From Thermodesulfobacteriota bacterium (GTDB lineage: Bacteria; Desulfobacterota_D; UBA1144; Nemesobacterales; UBA2774), in assembly GCA_963422265.1 (NCBI GenBank), contig OY729416.1, positions 1,408,001 to 1,472,000 of the forward strand: a stretch of DNA of 64,000 bases, read 5' to 3'. This document shows positions 41,495 through 51,096 of the stretch, piece by piece. A program made the translations under genes and the position numbers. Below the pieces are notes generated by a model, which saw only the letters and a program-made list of their open reading frames with translations, was not told the DNA's origin and searched no databases. Every line of letters starts with the position of its first letter. The first letter of the stretch is position 1.

Positions 41495-41919
41495 TGCATA
41501 GTGCGGCTTGAAATATCATCATCGCTTTGTTGAACTCCATCCTCGCCAAGCGAGATTATCTCGTAAAAGCCATCGCCAGTTTGGTCTTGGCCTATATAGA
41601 TAAATTCATTTTTCCACCCGTCACGGGGCACCCGATTGCCATCTAAATAGCCCTCCCTAGCGTAACAACAAGGCTCCCTCCCAACGTTCGGCGCTTTCAC
41701 TAATGCTGCAAGACCCTGCTGGGTTTCGGGATAAAAACCATTGTCTAGCTTGAAAAGCTTCAGCGCATTCTCCAAGTTCTTTATCTGGATCTTCGTTTGC
41801 TGACTCTTTGCCTCGTCGAGGCTGCCGATTACGTTAGTTCCCACAATATAGGCAAGCCCGGAGATGATAAGTAAAACTACCATTACTTCAATAAGCGTAA
41901 ATCCACCTTGTAATCTCAT
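41491..41919 (-). CDS. gspG: T2SS major pseudopilin G
   Basis: GFTLIEVMVV, ALKLFKLDNGFYP, GLAALV, SLGEDG. Confidence 0.93.
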   Translation of the reverse strand: MRLQGGFTLIEVMVVLLIISGLAYIVGTNVIGSLDEAKSQQTKIQIKNLENALKLFKLDNGFYPETQQGLAALVKAPNVGREPCCYAREGYLDGNRVPRDGWKNEFIYIGQDQTGDGFYEIISLGEDGVQQSDDDISSRTMQ

Positions 41920-41935
41920 TTTCTAATCCCTCCTT

Positions 41936-43141
41936 TTAACCTATCGTTGATGTCAAGCTAAATATAGGAAGGAGCACGGCAAAAACAATAAACCCCATTA
42001 TTGCCCCTATTACCATAATCATAACAGGCTCCATAAGAGACGTAAGGCTCGAGACGGTTGTTTCTACCTGTTCATCGTATATGTCGGCAATCCTAACAAG
42101 CATCACTTCCATCTCACCCGTCTGCTCACCTACGGCGATCATTCTGGTGACGAGCGGAGGGAATATGCCGCTATCCCGCAAGGGCGTGGCAAGGTCTGCT
42201 CCTTCTCTAACGCTTACGCCAACTTCTTGTAAAGTTTTTCCGTAAATCTCATTTCCCATAACAGCACCTCCTATCTTGAGGGCATCCAGAAGCGGTATTC
42301 CACTTGCCAGAAGCGTCCCTAGGGTGCGCGTAAACCTAGATATTACAACCATAGTGGTAATCTTTCCAAATATAGGAATTTTAAGTGACAAGCGGTCAAA
42401 AAACATCCTACCCCGCTTTGTCTTCTTAAACCGATAAGCAGCAACGACTATGAGCAGAGCGGCGAGCAGGATGAGGAGCACATTATTGGCTAGGAAGCTA
42501 CTTACCTTAATCAAAACAACCGTCGCTATTGGTAGGGCGTTGCCGCTCTCTTCGAATATGTCAGCAATTTTAGGTATGACGTAGGTCATTGTAAAAAACA
42601 GCACGCCGCCCCCTATGAAAAACATGAATAGGGGATATACGAGCGCGCTCTTTACGCGTGAGGCTAGAGCCGCTTGTTTCTCAAGGAAGTCGGCGAGCCT
42701 TAGAAGAACTACGTTCAAAGTTCCGCTGGACTCTCCCGCCCTCACGATGTTCACGTAGAGATCCGAGAATACGTTCTTGTGCTCCCCTAGAGCATTTGCC
42801 AAGGAACTTCCCTCGCTTACTCGTTCTTTAACCTGGGCAAGGATTCGTCCGAGCCTAACGTCTTCCGTCTGCTCTGAAAGTACGGACAGCGACTCCTCAA
42901 GGGGAAGTCCCGCAGAGATTAGCGCGGAAAACTGCCTTGTCGTTATGGAGAGCTCCGAGATGCTCACTCCCTTAAAAGGCAGAATGCTTCTGGTCTTTGA
43001 TTCCTTGATCTCGTGCAAAGATGAAAGGAAAGCTCCCTGCCGTTTTAACTTATCGGAGACTCCCCTGGGCGATTCTGCGTCAAGAATTCCCTGGATTAGC
43101 TTTCCGTTCTCGTCTATCGCGTTATATTTATATACGGGCAT
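41936..43141 (-). CDS. gspF: T2SS inner membrane platform protein F
   Basis: AGESSGTL, SALVYP, VGEQTGEM, LMEP. Confidence 0.93.
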   Translation of the reverse strand: MPVYKYNAIDENGKLIQGILDAESPRGVSDKLKRQGAFLSSLHEIKESKTRSILPFKGVSISELSITTRQFSALISAGLPLEESLSVLSEQTEDVRLGRILAQVKERVSEGSSLANALGEHKNVFSDLYVNIVRAGESSGTLNVVLLRLADFLEKQAALASRVKSALVYPLFMFFIGGGVLFFTMTYVIPKIADIFEESGNALPIATVVLIKVSSFLANNVLLILLAALLIVVAAYRFKKTKRGRMFFDRLSLKIPIFGKITTMVVISRFTRTLGTLLASGIPLLDALKIGGAVMGNEIYGKTLQEVGVSVREGADLATPLRDSGIFPPLVTRMIAVGEQTGEMEVMLVRIADIYDEQVETTVSSLTSLMEPVMIMVIGAIMGFIVFAVLLPIFSLTSTIG

Positions 43142-43186
43142 AACAACATAAGGCGCGTTTATGCTTAAGCGCTAAAATCTAAGCCC

Positions 43187-44875
43187 CTACGAATCAAGAT
43201 TCTCTTCTTCGGTAACGCGCATGACCTCGTGTGCTGAAGTAAAACCCTTGATCACTTTATCTATCCCATCCGACTTAAGGGTAAGCATACCCCTCTCAAC
43301 GGCTTTCTTCTGGATAGTAGTAGAATCGGCATGGGTCAAAGTCATGTTCCTTATTTCATCGTCCATTACGAGTATCTCAAATATCGCGATTCTACCACTG
43401 TAACCCATCCCGAGACACATTTCACATCCCTTGGCGTCGTAAAGAACGCCGTCCGGGAGATCGCGGCGTCTTATCCCAATGCGGACTAGCTCATCATCGC
43501 TGGGGCGATAGGGTTTCTTGCACGAACCACAAAGAAGACGCGTCAGGCGCTGCGCAATAACCGCAACTAGAGAAGAAGCTACCAAGAACGGCTCTATTTC
43601 CATATCAATAAGTCTTGTAATAGCGCTGGAAGCGTTATTAGTATGTAGCGTGGAAAAGACGAGGTGCCCCGTCAGTGAGGCGTGTATAGCTATATCAGCC
43701 GTCTCCCTGTCGCGGATTTCTCCAACTAATATGATATCAGGATCCTGCCTTAGTATAGACCTCAGCCCATTCGCAAAGCTAAGATTGACCTTTGTATTAA
43801 CTTGGATTTGGTTAATTCCCTGAATCTGATATTCAACCGGGTCCTCAACGGTTATTATTTTTTCATTAGGTGAATTTATCCTCTGCAGAGCTGCATAAAG
43901 CGTCGTGGTTTTTCCACATCCAGTGGGTCCCGTCACTAGGATAATTCCATGAGGGCGGTGGATAAGCCCTTCCACCTTCTCAAGCTTGCTTCCTTCAAGA
44001 CCCAGATCCTCAAGGTTTAAAAGAACCGATGACCTGTCGAGAAGTCTCATTACGACGCTCTCGCCCCAGGTTGTAGGAACGGTTGAGACGCGCACGTCCA
44101 CATCTCTCCCAGCGACTTTTATGTGTATTCTTCCATCCTGTGGCTTTCTTTTCTCCGCAATATCCAGATCAGCCATAATTTTTACTCTGGATATAATAGA
44201 AGCCTGAAGCTTCTTTGGCACCGATGTTATTTCATGCAGTATCCCATCCTTTCTAAACCTTACCGATACCCTCTTTTCAAAGCATTCAATATGTATATCG
44301 CTTGCTTTTTCTTTTATCGCTTCAAACACGAGCGAATTCACGAACTTTATTATAGGCGCCTCATCTTCCGCGTCCAATAGGTCCTGAGGCTCGTGGATGT
44401 CATATTCCGCTATACTGAAGGCTTCATCGTCGTCAATTCCTTCTGACATTTCCTTCCCACGCTCGTACACGCGGTTTATGGCGTCGATAACCGTATGGTT
44501 AAGAGCTATAGTAGGCTCGATCTCACAACCGAATAAAGATTTAACCTCGTCAAGTACATATAGATTTAGCGGGGGGGCGAATATTACTACGACCTTACCC
44601 TCACTCTTCTGAAAAGGGATAAGCTTGAACTTTTTAGCAAAGCTTATGGGTATTGATTTTACAAGCGCTTCGTCTATATCTCTCTCAGAGATGTTAAGCG
44701 TGTAGGGAAACTCATAAAACTCAGACAAGACGCCAAGAAGCTCTCTATCATCCATCACTTTGGACTTTAATAAGTTTTGCTCTAGGCTTTCCCCATTCTT
44801 ACCTACAAGCTCTTCTATTTTGACGAGAGCTTCCGGTTTCCTTTCTCTTATTATTTCCTGAATGCTTTTCATCAC
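43187..44875 (-). CDS. gspE: T2SS ATPase E
   Basis: ASDIHIE, GPTGCGKTTT, LRQDPDIILVGEIRD. Confidence 0.95.
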   Translation of the reverse strand: MMKSIQEIIRERKPEALVKIEELVGKNGESLEQNLLKSKVMDDRELLGVLSEFYEFPYTLNISERDIDEALVKSIPISFAKKFKLIPFQKSEGKVVVIFAPPLNLYVLDEVKSLFGCEIEPTIALNHTVIDAINRVYERGKEMSEGIDDDEAFSIAEYDIHEPQDLLDAEDEAPIIKFVNSLVFEAIKEKASDIHIECFEKRVSVRFRKDGILHEITSVPKKLQASIISRVKIMADLDIAEKRKPQDGRIHIKVAGRDVDVRVSTVPTTWGESVVMRLLDRSSVLLNLEDLGLEGSKLEKVEGLIHRPHGIILVTGPTGCGKTTTLYAALQRINSPNEKIITVEDPVEYQIQGINQIQVNTKVNLSFANGLRSILRQDPDIILVGEIRDRETADIAIHASLTGHLVFSTLHTNNASSAITRLIDMEIEPFLVASSLVAVIAQRLTRLLCGSCKKPYRPSDDELVRIGIRRRDLPDGVLYDAKGCEMCLGMGYSGRIAIFEILVMDDEIRNMTLTHADSTTIQKKAVERGMLTLKSDGIDKVIKGFTSAHEVMRVTEEENLDS

Positions 44876-44883
44876 TAAAGCGT

Positions 44884-47190
44884 TTATTTCCCTTTGTAGA
44901 AGCCTCTTTCCTGTATTAGCATGTTGCGCTTTTGTTTCTCTTGCAGTAAAAGATCCATGTCTTCTTCGGTCTCGACAATCCTGGGCGTAAGTAATATCAT
45001 AAGGTTTATCTTCTGTCTCTGAGTGCTCTTATACTTAAAGAGATTACCTAGAATCGGAACGCCTCCTAATAACGGAACTCTATTTTGTAAAATGCTCTCT
45101 CTATCCTGAACGAGACCACCGATTACAATGGTCTGACCATCCTTAACCACTACTGACGAATCAGCCGTTCTGGTCGTCGTAGCTATACCAAACTCATTTG
45201 TGTTAAGTCCTTCGGGCGTCGCCCTTATAGCTGAGACCTCGGTTAGTATATTCAAGTTCAGGTACTCACCGTCGCTAATCTGTGGCGTTATTAATAACTT
45301 TATTCCCACAGGCTCGCGCTGAATAGTGCTGACGGTTACGCCACTGGTGCCGACGGTGCTACCCGTAGGAAAAGGAATAACGTCCGCTACTACTATTTTC
45401 GCAGTTTCGTTATCGGTGGTTATGATACTAGGCGTAGATAGCACATTTACGTCCGTAATAGATGTTATAGCCTGAAATAGCGCGGTAAAAGATGGGATTG
45501 CAGGTATTGGTCCCGACCCATCGGGATCAAGCTGTTTTCCTACAACTCCAAGAAACAGTCCGGATAGGCTACCCATAGTCTGTATGGCGGTTTGTGATTC
45601 AGCGGTAGCTAAACCGAGCAGACTTGGAACCCCTGGAAGATTAGCTCCACTAAAAGCCAGATTATCGTCATTAACTTTGAACCCAATACTCGAATTTGCT
45701 CCGAAAGATCTTAGGTTGTCCAAACTCACCTCGAGAATAGCTGCTTCAACAAACACCTGCTTTCTTCTTACATCTAGTTTTTTAATTACTCCTTTTATCT
45801 CTTCGTAGTCTCTCCTCGACCCGATGACGATTATGGAGTTGGTAGCAGGATCGGCTGTGACCCTTAGTCCCTCCGCCTCGGCGACTATGGATGACCCCGA
45901 CGGGCTTCGTCTCCGTATCCCCTGTGTTGAAAAACCGCTTTCTCCAGCAAAGCCGGTAGTTGAATCCGTCTGAGATCCGCCTGACGAGGCGACCGACGCA
46001 GTCCCCCCTCCCCTACCACCTAATAAATTGGACAAAACGTTCACTAACTGCTCTGCCTCAACATTCAAAACCTGAATTACGTATATGCCTTCTTCAGCCT
46101 GATCCGTCTTCACGTCTAGCATTTCTACTACAGCTTTTATTTCCTCCATGTCATCCGGGTAAGCTATGATGATAAGAGAGCTAGTCCTTTCATCCAAAAT
46201 AACCTTAAACCCGATAGCAGACGACTTAGCCGTCGAGAAAGAATAAGTCGTTTGCTCTTGTTGCCCAGCCTTGCTCGCTACACCTTTGCTGCCAGACTTT
46301 TTTATCTGCTTAGTCTGAGAGCGGCTTTGCGTTGCCCCTGTGCCACTAAAAATCTCCACGAGCTTAATTGCCACTTCGGCCGCCTCAGCGTTATGTATAT
46401 TTATGAACTCAATTTCCGTTTGCACGTCAAGGTGTTCAAGTATTGTTAGTATTCTATTCAGGTTATCTACCGTCTCGACGATAATAAGCGTATTAGTGCC
46501 GGGGTGAACTATCATGGCTCCCTCTCGAGAGATTAAGGGTTTAAGCATTTTAGATGCCTCTTGCGCCTCTACGCTTTTTAATTCTACAAGCCTAGTAACA
46601 TAGTTGTCGGAAGGCTCACCATAAGCCGTGCCAATATCGGTTGGAAGGCTTTTAATCCTAACGTCCCTTTTTAGGATTATTATGTTCGTCCCGTTCTTCT
46701 TCACAAGGGAGAGCCCATTTAAGTTCAGCACCGTCTCAAAGAGCCTCATAGCGTCTTTTTTTCTAAAGCCCTCCGGAGCTACTACCCTAATTCCTTTCTT
46801 CTTTACCGATCCATGAAGTATAAAGCTCTCCCCAGTAATCTCGCTTATAGTTTTAATGAGATCATGAACGTCCATCTCAGATTGCAGGTTTACTATTTCA
46901 TCCTCGGGGACGACAATTGTGGCTTTCTCTTCTGATTTTGGTTTCTCAGTTTTAGCATCAGCGTTGCGTCTAGTCGGAGATGGATCCTTGGGCGCCTCTT
47001 TTGATTCTACTATCTTAGTCTGAGGTTTATTGGCTAGTTCTTTGGGCTCGTTAGATTTTTTGTTGCTAAGCTCTATCGTTTCAGCGGCGTTTTTCTCCGT
47101 CGCGGCCTTATCGGCAGAGCTCATATGGACGTAAATAGTTAATAAAAATAAGAGAATCATCGCTGCGTTGATCAAAATCGCTTTCATCAA
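44884..47190 (-). CDS. gspD: T2SS secretin D
   Basis: LDVRRKQVFVEAAILEV, VKDGQTIVIGGL, VPILGNLFK. Confidence 0.93.
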   Translation of the reverse strand: MMKAILINAAMILLFLLTIYVHMSSADKAATEKNAAETIELSNKKSNEPKELANKPQTKIVESKEAPKDPSPTRRNADAKTEKPKSEEKATIVVPEDEIVNLQSEMDVHDLIKTISEITGESFILHGSVKKKGIRVVAPEGFRKKDAMRLFETVLNLNGLSLVKKNGTNIIILKRDVRIKSLPTDIGTAYGEPSDNYVTRLVELKSVEAQEASKMLKPLISREGAMIVHPGTNTLIIVETVDNLNRILTILEHLDVQTEIEFINIHNAEAAEVAIKLVEIFSGTGATQSRSQTKQIKKSGSKGVASKAGQQEQTTYSFSTAKSSAIGFKVILDERTSSLIIIAYPDDMEEIKAVVEMLDVKTDQAEEGIYVIQVLNVEAEQLVNVLSNLLGGRGGGTASVASSGGSQTDSTTGFAGESGFSTQGIRRRSPSGSSIVAEAEGLRVTADPATNSIIVIGSRRDYEEIKGVIKKLDVRRKQVFVEAAILEVSLDNLRSFGANSSIGFKVNDDNLAFSGANLPGVPSLLGLATAESQTAIQTMGSLSGLFLGVVGKQLDPDGSGPIPAIPSFTALFQAITSITDVNVLSTPSIITTDNETAKIVVADVIPFPTGSTVGTSGVTVSTIQREPVGIKLLITPQISDGEYLNLNILTEVSAIRATPEGLNTNEFGIATTTRTADSSVVVKDGQTIVIGGLVQDRESILQNRVPLLGGVPILGNLFKYKSTQRQKINLMILLTPRIVETEEDMDLLLQEKQKRNMLIQERGFYKGK

Positions 47191-47281
47191 TTAGTCCCCT
47201 CTTGAAATAGTTTATCTAAGTATTCTTAGCGCATTGAACTTAAGCCAATGATAACTCATGATATATAAACTTAAAACCCAA

Positions 47282-48181
47282 CTATTTAACTGTGTACTCG
47301 TTTACGTAGTTCTTTCCAGCTCGAGTGTATTCAATAGTAAAATAGCTTTGCGTCCTAAGCTCATTAAACACGGGTAAAGCCTTTTCAACATTGTTAAGCT
47401 CAACTTTGTTAATTCTCTGCAGCGTGTCCCCACTTTTAAGCCCGATTTTCCTTAATATGCTGCCTGATCTTATCCCAAAAAATTTGATGCCGTTCTTTTG
47501 GGGAATGATACGAGCCTGTTGGATAATTGTATTCGGATTGCTAAGCGTCTCCTCTACTAAACGCTTGTCTATCTCGTATTCGTTTTCCCCAATTTTGTTG
47601 ACGCCCTTACTATCACTTTTATTGCTGACCGAACGAGCACTTGGACTAGAGGCAATTTTAGTAACCTTACTTGTCCCTAAACTCTGGCATTTTATAGTCT
47701 CATAACCTTTTCCAGGTCGCTCTATCACAGCCATGCAATTTTGCACCTTTATTAACTTTACGTTTTCGGTCTTAACGACTTTTATAGTCTCACCACCTTT
47801 GTAGCCTCCTATTTTATCGTTGCCAACGTTCTTTATTATCGCGACGGATTGGTCATTCGGCTTCATTATTGTGCCTAGCAACGCAAGATTTAGTTTAGAT
47901 TCGGGTAGGGTTTCTATCCCTCTTGTTGCCTTTGCTATATTCCGTATCCCAAATATATTCCTGGTAGTAATTACTTGATAGTGAGATAAGGGCGGATTTT
48001 CTTTGAATTGATCCACGGTTGGCATCTTATTTTGAGAGACCCCCTGCAAAGCGACCGAGCTTTGGGAGCGCAAGCCGCTCTCTATTTTCCCGTTGATCAT
48101 GAGAGCAAGTGAGTAAGCAAGTCCAGCGAGAAGCAGGATATTAATAAGCCAAGTATATTTTTTTGCAATCTCAATGATCAT
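47282..48181 (-). CDS. gspC: T2SS protein C (PDZ-containing)
   Basis: N-terminal TM, RNIFG, LALLGT, IGLKSGD..RIN; upstream of gspD. Confidence 0.85.
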   Translation of the reverse strand: MIIEIAKKYTWLINILLLAGLAYSLALMINGKIESGLRSQSSVALQGVSQNKMPTVDQFKENPPLSHYQVITTRNIFGIRNIAKATRGIETLPESKLNLALLGTIMKPNDQSVAIIKNVGNDKIGGYKGGETIKVVKTENVKLIKVQNCMAVIERPGKGYETIKCQSLGTSKVTKIASSPSARSVSNKSDSKGVNKIGENEYEIDKRLVEETLSNPNTIIQQARIIPQKNGIKFFGIRSGSILRKIGLKSGDTLQRINKVELNNVEKALPVFNELRTQSYFTIEYTRAGKNYVNEYTVK

Positions 48182-48293
48182 TTAATTAGAGCTGATATTT
48201 AAGTAGATTGCTTAATATCAAGAAGCAACATAAGGCTTTTCACTTCGCATGTCAAACGTAAAATACGGACAGCGGAGAATATCAATTATACTA

Positions 48294-49601
48294 TCACTCC
48301 TCAAAAGGGTCTGTAAGTTCCGGATGCCACAGCTTAAAATGGTTTTTGTGATTCTCGGTGTAAGCACCCGGTGGGTAGTATTTATCATAAAAATCCAAAT
48401 CCAGATGATGAGCTTGAACCATAAACCTTAAAAACATAGGATCCGAGAAAGCAGGGAACCTTCCGTAAGTATCGTAGATATAATTGCATATATCTTTTAC
48501 GACCTGTATCTCCTCTTTACCTGGCCTCTCTACCTCTTGTAGAACACCCTCTGGGGTTAAAAACGGCATCGCATGTGATTCCCAGTTGCTCCATTTGGCG
48601 TCATTAAAAGCCTCAACAGCCTCTCCCATATCCTTGTAATAAGGGGGACAAAAGGCATGAAATAAATTATCCCTCCCCACGGCTACGGGATTGGGATTTC
48701 CTGTATCGCCTTTTATTGCAGGCGTGATGAATCTAAAACCAAGCCCTCTATTGAAAGGCGTGCCTCCGAGCATAAACATGCTTGCGAATCCGCTGAATAG
48801 CCATCCCCCTAATCCGAGAGTCTGAAGCGTTAACACCATGTTCTGTCCCATAAACGCCTGCTCCGCTATATAACCATTAGCGAATCTGAGCTCGGCTTCT
48901 ATAAGAGGCATTCGTTTGCCCTTATCCAGGAATCCGTTATCTACCCACTTTGTGGTTCCAGGGAGCCTTAATCGGTGAAGCTCATCCACAAAATTAAATC
49001 TGTGATCTGGTCTCATATAAAAGAAAAAGAGGTTAATAATACAGGAAGACAAATCAGTCACAGGCATAAAAAGGGTAGTTCCGGGTTTGTTTACGTTCCA
49101 GAGATTATGCCCGGCTATACCGGGTGGCTTCGTTGGTAAGTCAGCGCGCTTATCCTCGAGCTTGACCCTCGATTCTCTGAACAGCTCAAGAATTTTATCT
49201 ACCCTTCGCTCGCGGCTAAGCACTTCGAGCCCTTTGAAATCGTCGGGGCGCTTATCGTGCATTTTCACCATGTAAGAGCCCTCGTCATTCGTATAAAAAA
49301 GCTCCGTCCTGTGAACGTCTCCAAGAGCGGGAATAGTCTTACTTGTAAACTGCATTTCGAGATCCAGACCCACGTGGGGGGGGAAGTCAGAGAGGTTGAT
49401 GTTTTTAATTCCGAGCCCATTCCAGATTATTATAGCTTCCTCAAGCTCTGTTAAGGGAACGGGAGCGTGTTTAGACTTATAGGCAAGCGGACCTTTTTCG
49501 ATCTGCATTCCTAAGCCGAACCTTCTGGAGCGCCTCTCGAAAAGGGCATCCATAAACCTATAATCAACCGCAACGTCTAGTCCGGGCGGGTATTCGCTCA
49601 T
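48294..49601 (-). CDS. Uncharacterised nitroreductase-fold-like protein
   Basis: RRSRRFG N-terminus and QNM.L..Q.LGLGGW motif; 435 aa. Confidence 0.6.
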   Translation of the reverse strand: MSEYPPGLDVAVDYRFMDALFERRSRRFGLGMQIEKGPLAYKSKHAPVPLTELEEAIIIWNGLGIKNINLSDFPPHVGLDLEMQFTSKTIPALGDVHRTELFYTNDEGSYMVKMHDKRPDDFKGLEVLSRERRVDKILELFRESRVKLEDKRADLPTKPPGIAGHNLWNVNKPGTTLFMPVTDLSSCIINLFFFYMRPDHRFNFVDELHRLRLPGTTKWVDNGFLDKGKRMPLIEAELRFANGYIAEQAFMGQNMVLTLQTLGLGGWLFSGFASMFMLGGTPFNRGLGFRFITPAIKGDTGNPNPVAVGRDNLFHAFCPPYYKDMGEAVEAFNDAKWSNWESHAMPFLTPEGVLQEVERPGKEEIQVVKDICNYIYDTYGRFPAFSDPMFLRFMVQAHHLDLDFYDKYYPPGAYTENHKNHFKLWHPELTDPFEE

Positions 49602-49839
49602 TTATTTCCTATTTCCCATATCCTAATTTCTTATCTCCATCTCTTGTCTTCTATCACGGTTATTATCTTACATTTATTTCAGATACTTCAGACGCCATTG
49701 AACTCCTTCTCATTTTTAGTCGCTAGCCTGCTTATCTTTATTTGTCAGCTTCGATTTTCCAGTTACTAGAAAAGTGATAATGGCAATATAAAAACCATCC
49801 TTCAATTCACCGATTAATGGAACGCGAACCATTTTTTCC

Positions 49840-50922
49840 TTATAGCTTCTGCAGCTGCTCGTATATCTTCTTCTCTTCCCTAGAGGGCTTTCTAGGAATT
49901 TCTACCTGAATTTTTACGTAAATGTCCCCCCGCCTTCCTGTTCTCAAATTAGGAAGCCCTTCGTTCGGGATTCTCATAGTAGTGCCTGGCTGGGTGCCCG
50001 GAGGAATTTTCATCCGCACCGCTCCAACCAAAGTAGGAATATCCACTTTCGCCCCAAGAACCGCTTGAGAGACGGTTATATTTTCCACGTGGTGGAGGTT
50101 ATCGCTTCTTCTTTCAAATCTTGGGTCTTTTTCTGTCTTTACTATGACAATAAGATCGCCCGGATGTCCTTCGGGATCAGGATTTAAATTACCATGCCCC
50201 GTAACGCGCAGACCCATCCCCTCCTCAATGCCGGGCGGGATATTAACCTCTATTTTAGTCTCCCCCCTAACGTTACCAGAGCCACCACACTTAGGACAAA
50301 AAGCCCTAATAAAAGAGCCTTTACCCCGACAGGATGGACAAACGGCGACCTGTTGAAAAGTCATTCCCTGTTGCCGACTGGTATAAACCTTTTGTCCAGA
50401 CCCGCCACACTCTTTACAATTTTCGGGCGTCGTTCCGGGCTTAGCTCCCGAACCATCGCACGATGCGCAGGTCTTGGAGCTGTTGTAAGCCAACGTTTCC
50501 TCCCCACCTGTAAGTATCCGCTTAAGTGGCACGACGATCTCTACTTCTACGTTCTGACCCTTTCTTGGTCCCCTTCTGTGACCAAAGCCAAATATATCGT
50601 TAAATATGCTACCACCGAATCCCCCACTGCCCGAACCACTTCCAAATATATCTCCAAAGTTGATACCACTGAATATATCCTCTGCCGACATGCCGTCGAT
50701 ACCCGCAAAACCTCCCCTATCGTAACGCGAGCGCTTATCCTTATCGGAAAGCACACCGTAGGCTTCGGACAGCTCCTTAAACTTTTCTTCCGAGTTTACG
50801 TCTTTATTGTGATCCGGGTGATATTTCAACGCAAGCTTGCGGTAAGCTCTTTTTATCGTCTCCGGGCTTGCGTCTCTCGACACCCCTAGAACCTCGTAAT
50901 AGTCGCGCTTTCCTAAAGCCAT
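49840..50922 (-). CDS. dnaJ: Chaperone DnaJ
   Basis: HPD J-domain, G/F region, four CxxCxGxG repeats. Confidence 0.95.
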   Translation of the reverse strand: MALGKRDYYEVLGVSRDASPETIKRAYRKLALKYHPDHNKDVNSEEKFKELSEAYGVLSDKDKRSRYDRGGFAGIDGMSAEDIFSGINFGDIFGSGSGSGGFGGSIFNDIFGFGHRRGPRKGQNVEVEIVVPLKRILTGGEETLAYNSSKTCASCDGSGAKPGTTPENCKECGGSGQKVYTSRQQGMTFQQVAVCPSCRGKGSFIRAFCPKCGGSGNVRGETKIEVNIPPGIEEGMGLRVTGHGNLNPDPEGHPGDLIVIVKTEKDPRFERRSDNLHHVENITVSQAVLGAKVDIPTLVGAVRMKIPPGTQPGTTMRIPNEGLPNLRTGRRGDIYVKIQVEIPRKPSREEKKIYEQLQKL

Positions 50923-50937
50923 GCAATTACACCCCTT

Positions 50938-50971
50938 TTAAGTTTTCAATCTAGTTAAGTTTTCAATCTAG
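50938..50971. repeat. 17-bp tandem duplication upstream of dnaJ
   Basis: TTAAGTTTTCAATCTAG x2. Confidence 0.85.
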
Positions 50972-51096
50972 CTTTTGTGGCTTATCAAGTCTTTTGAGGT
51001 TGATACCCTGCTTAATTGCTTAGAATAACATATCACACAAACAGAGCATTCTATACTCAAATTAATGACTTAAAGACGAAAAAGCCCTATAATTTG

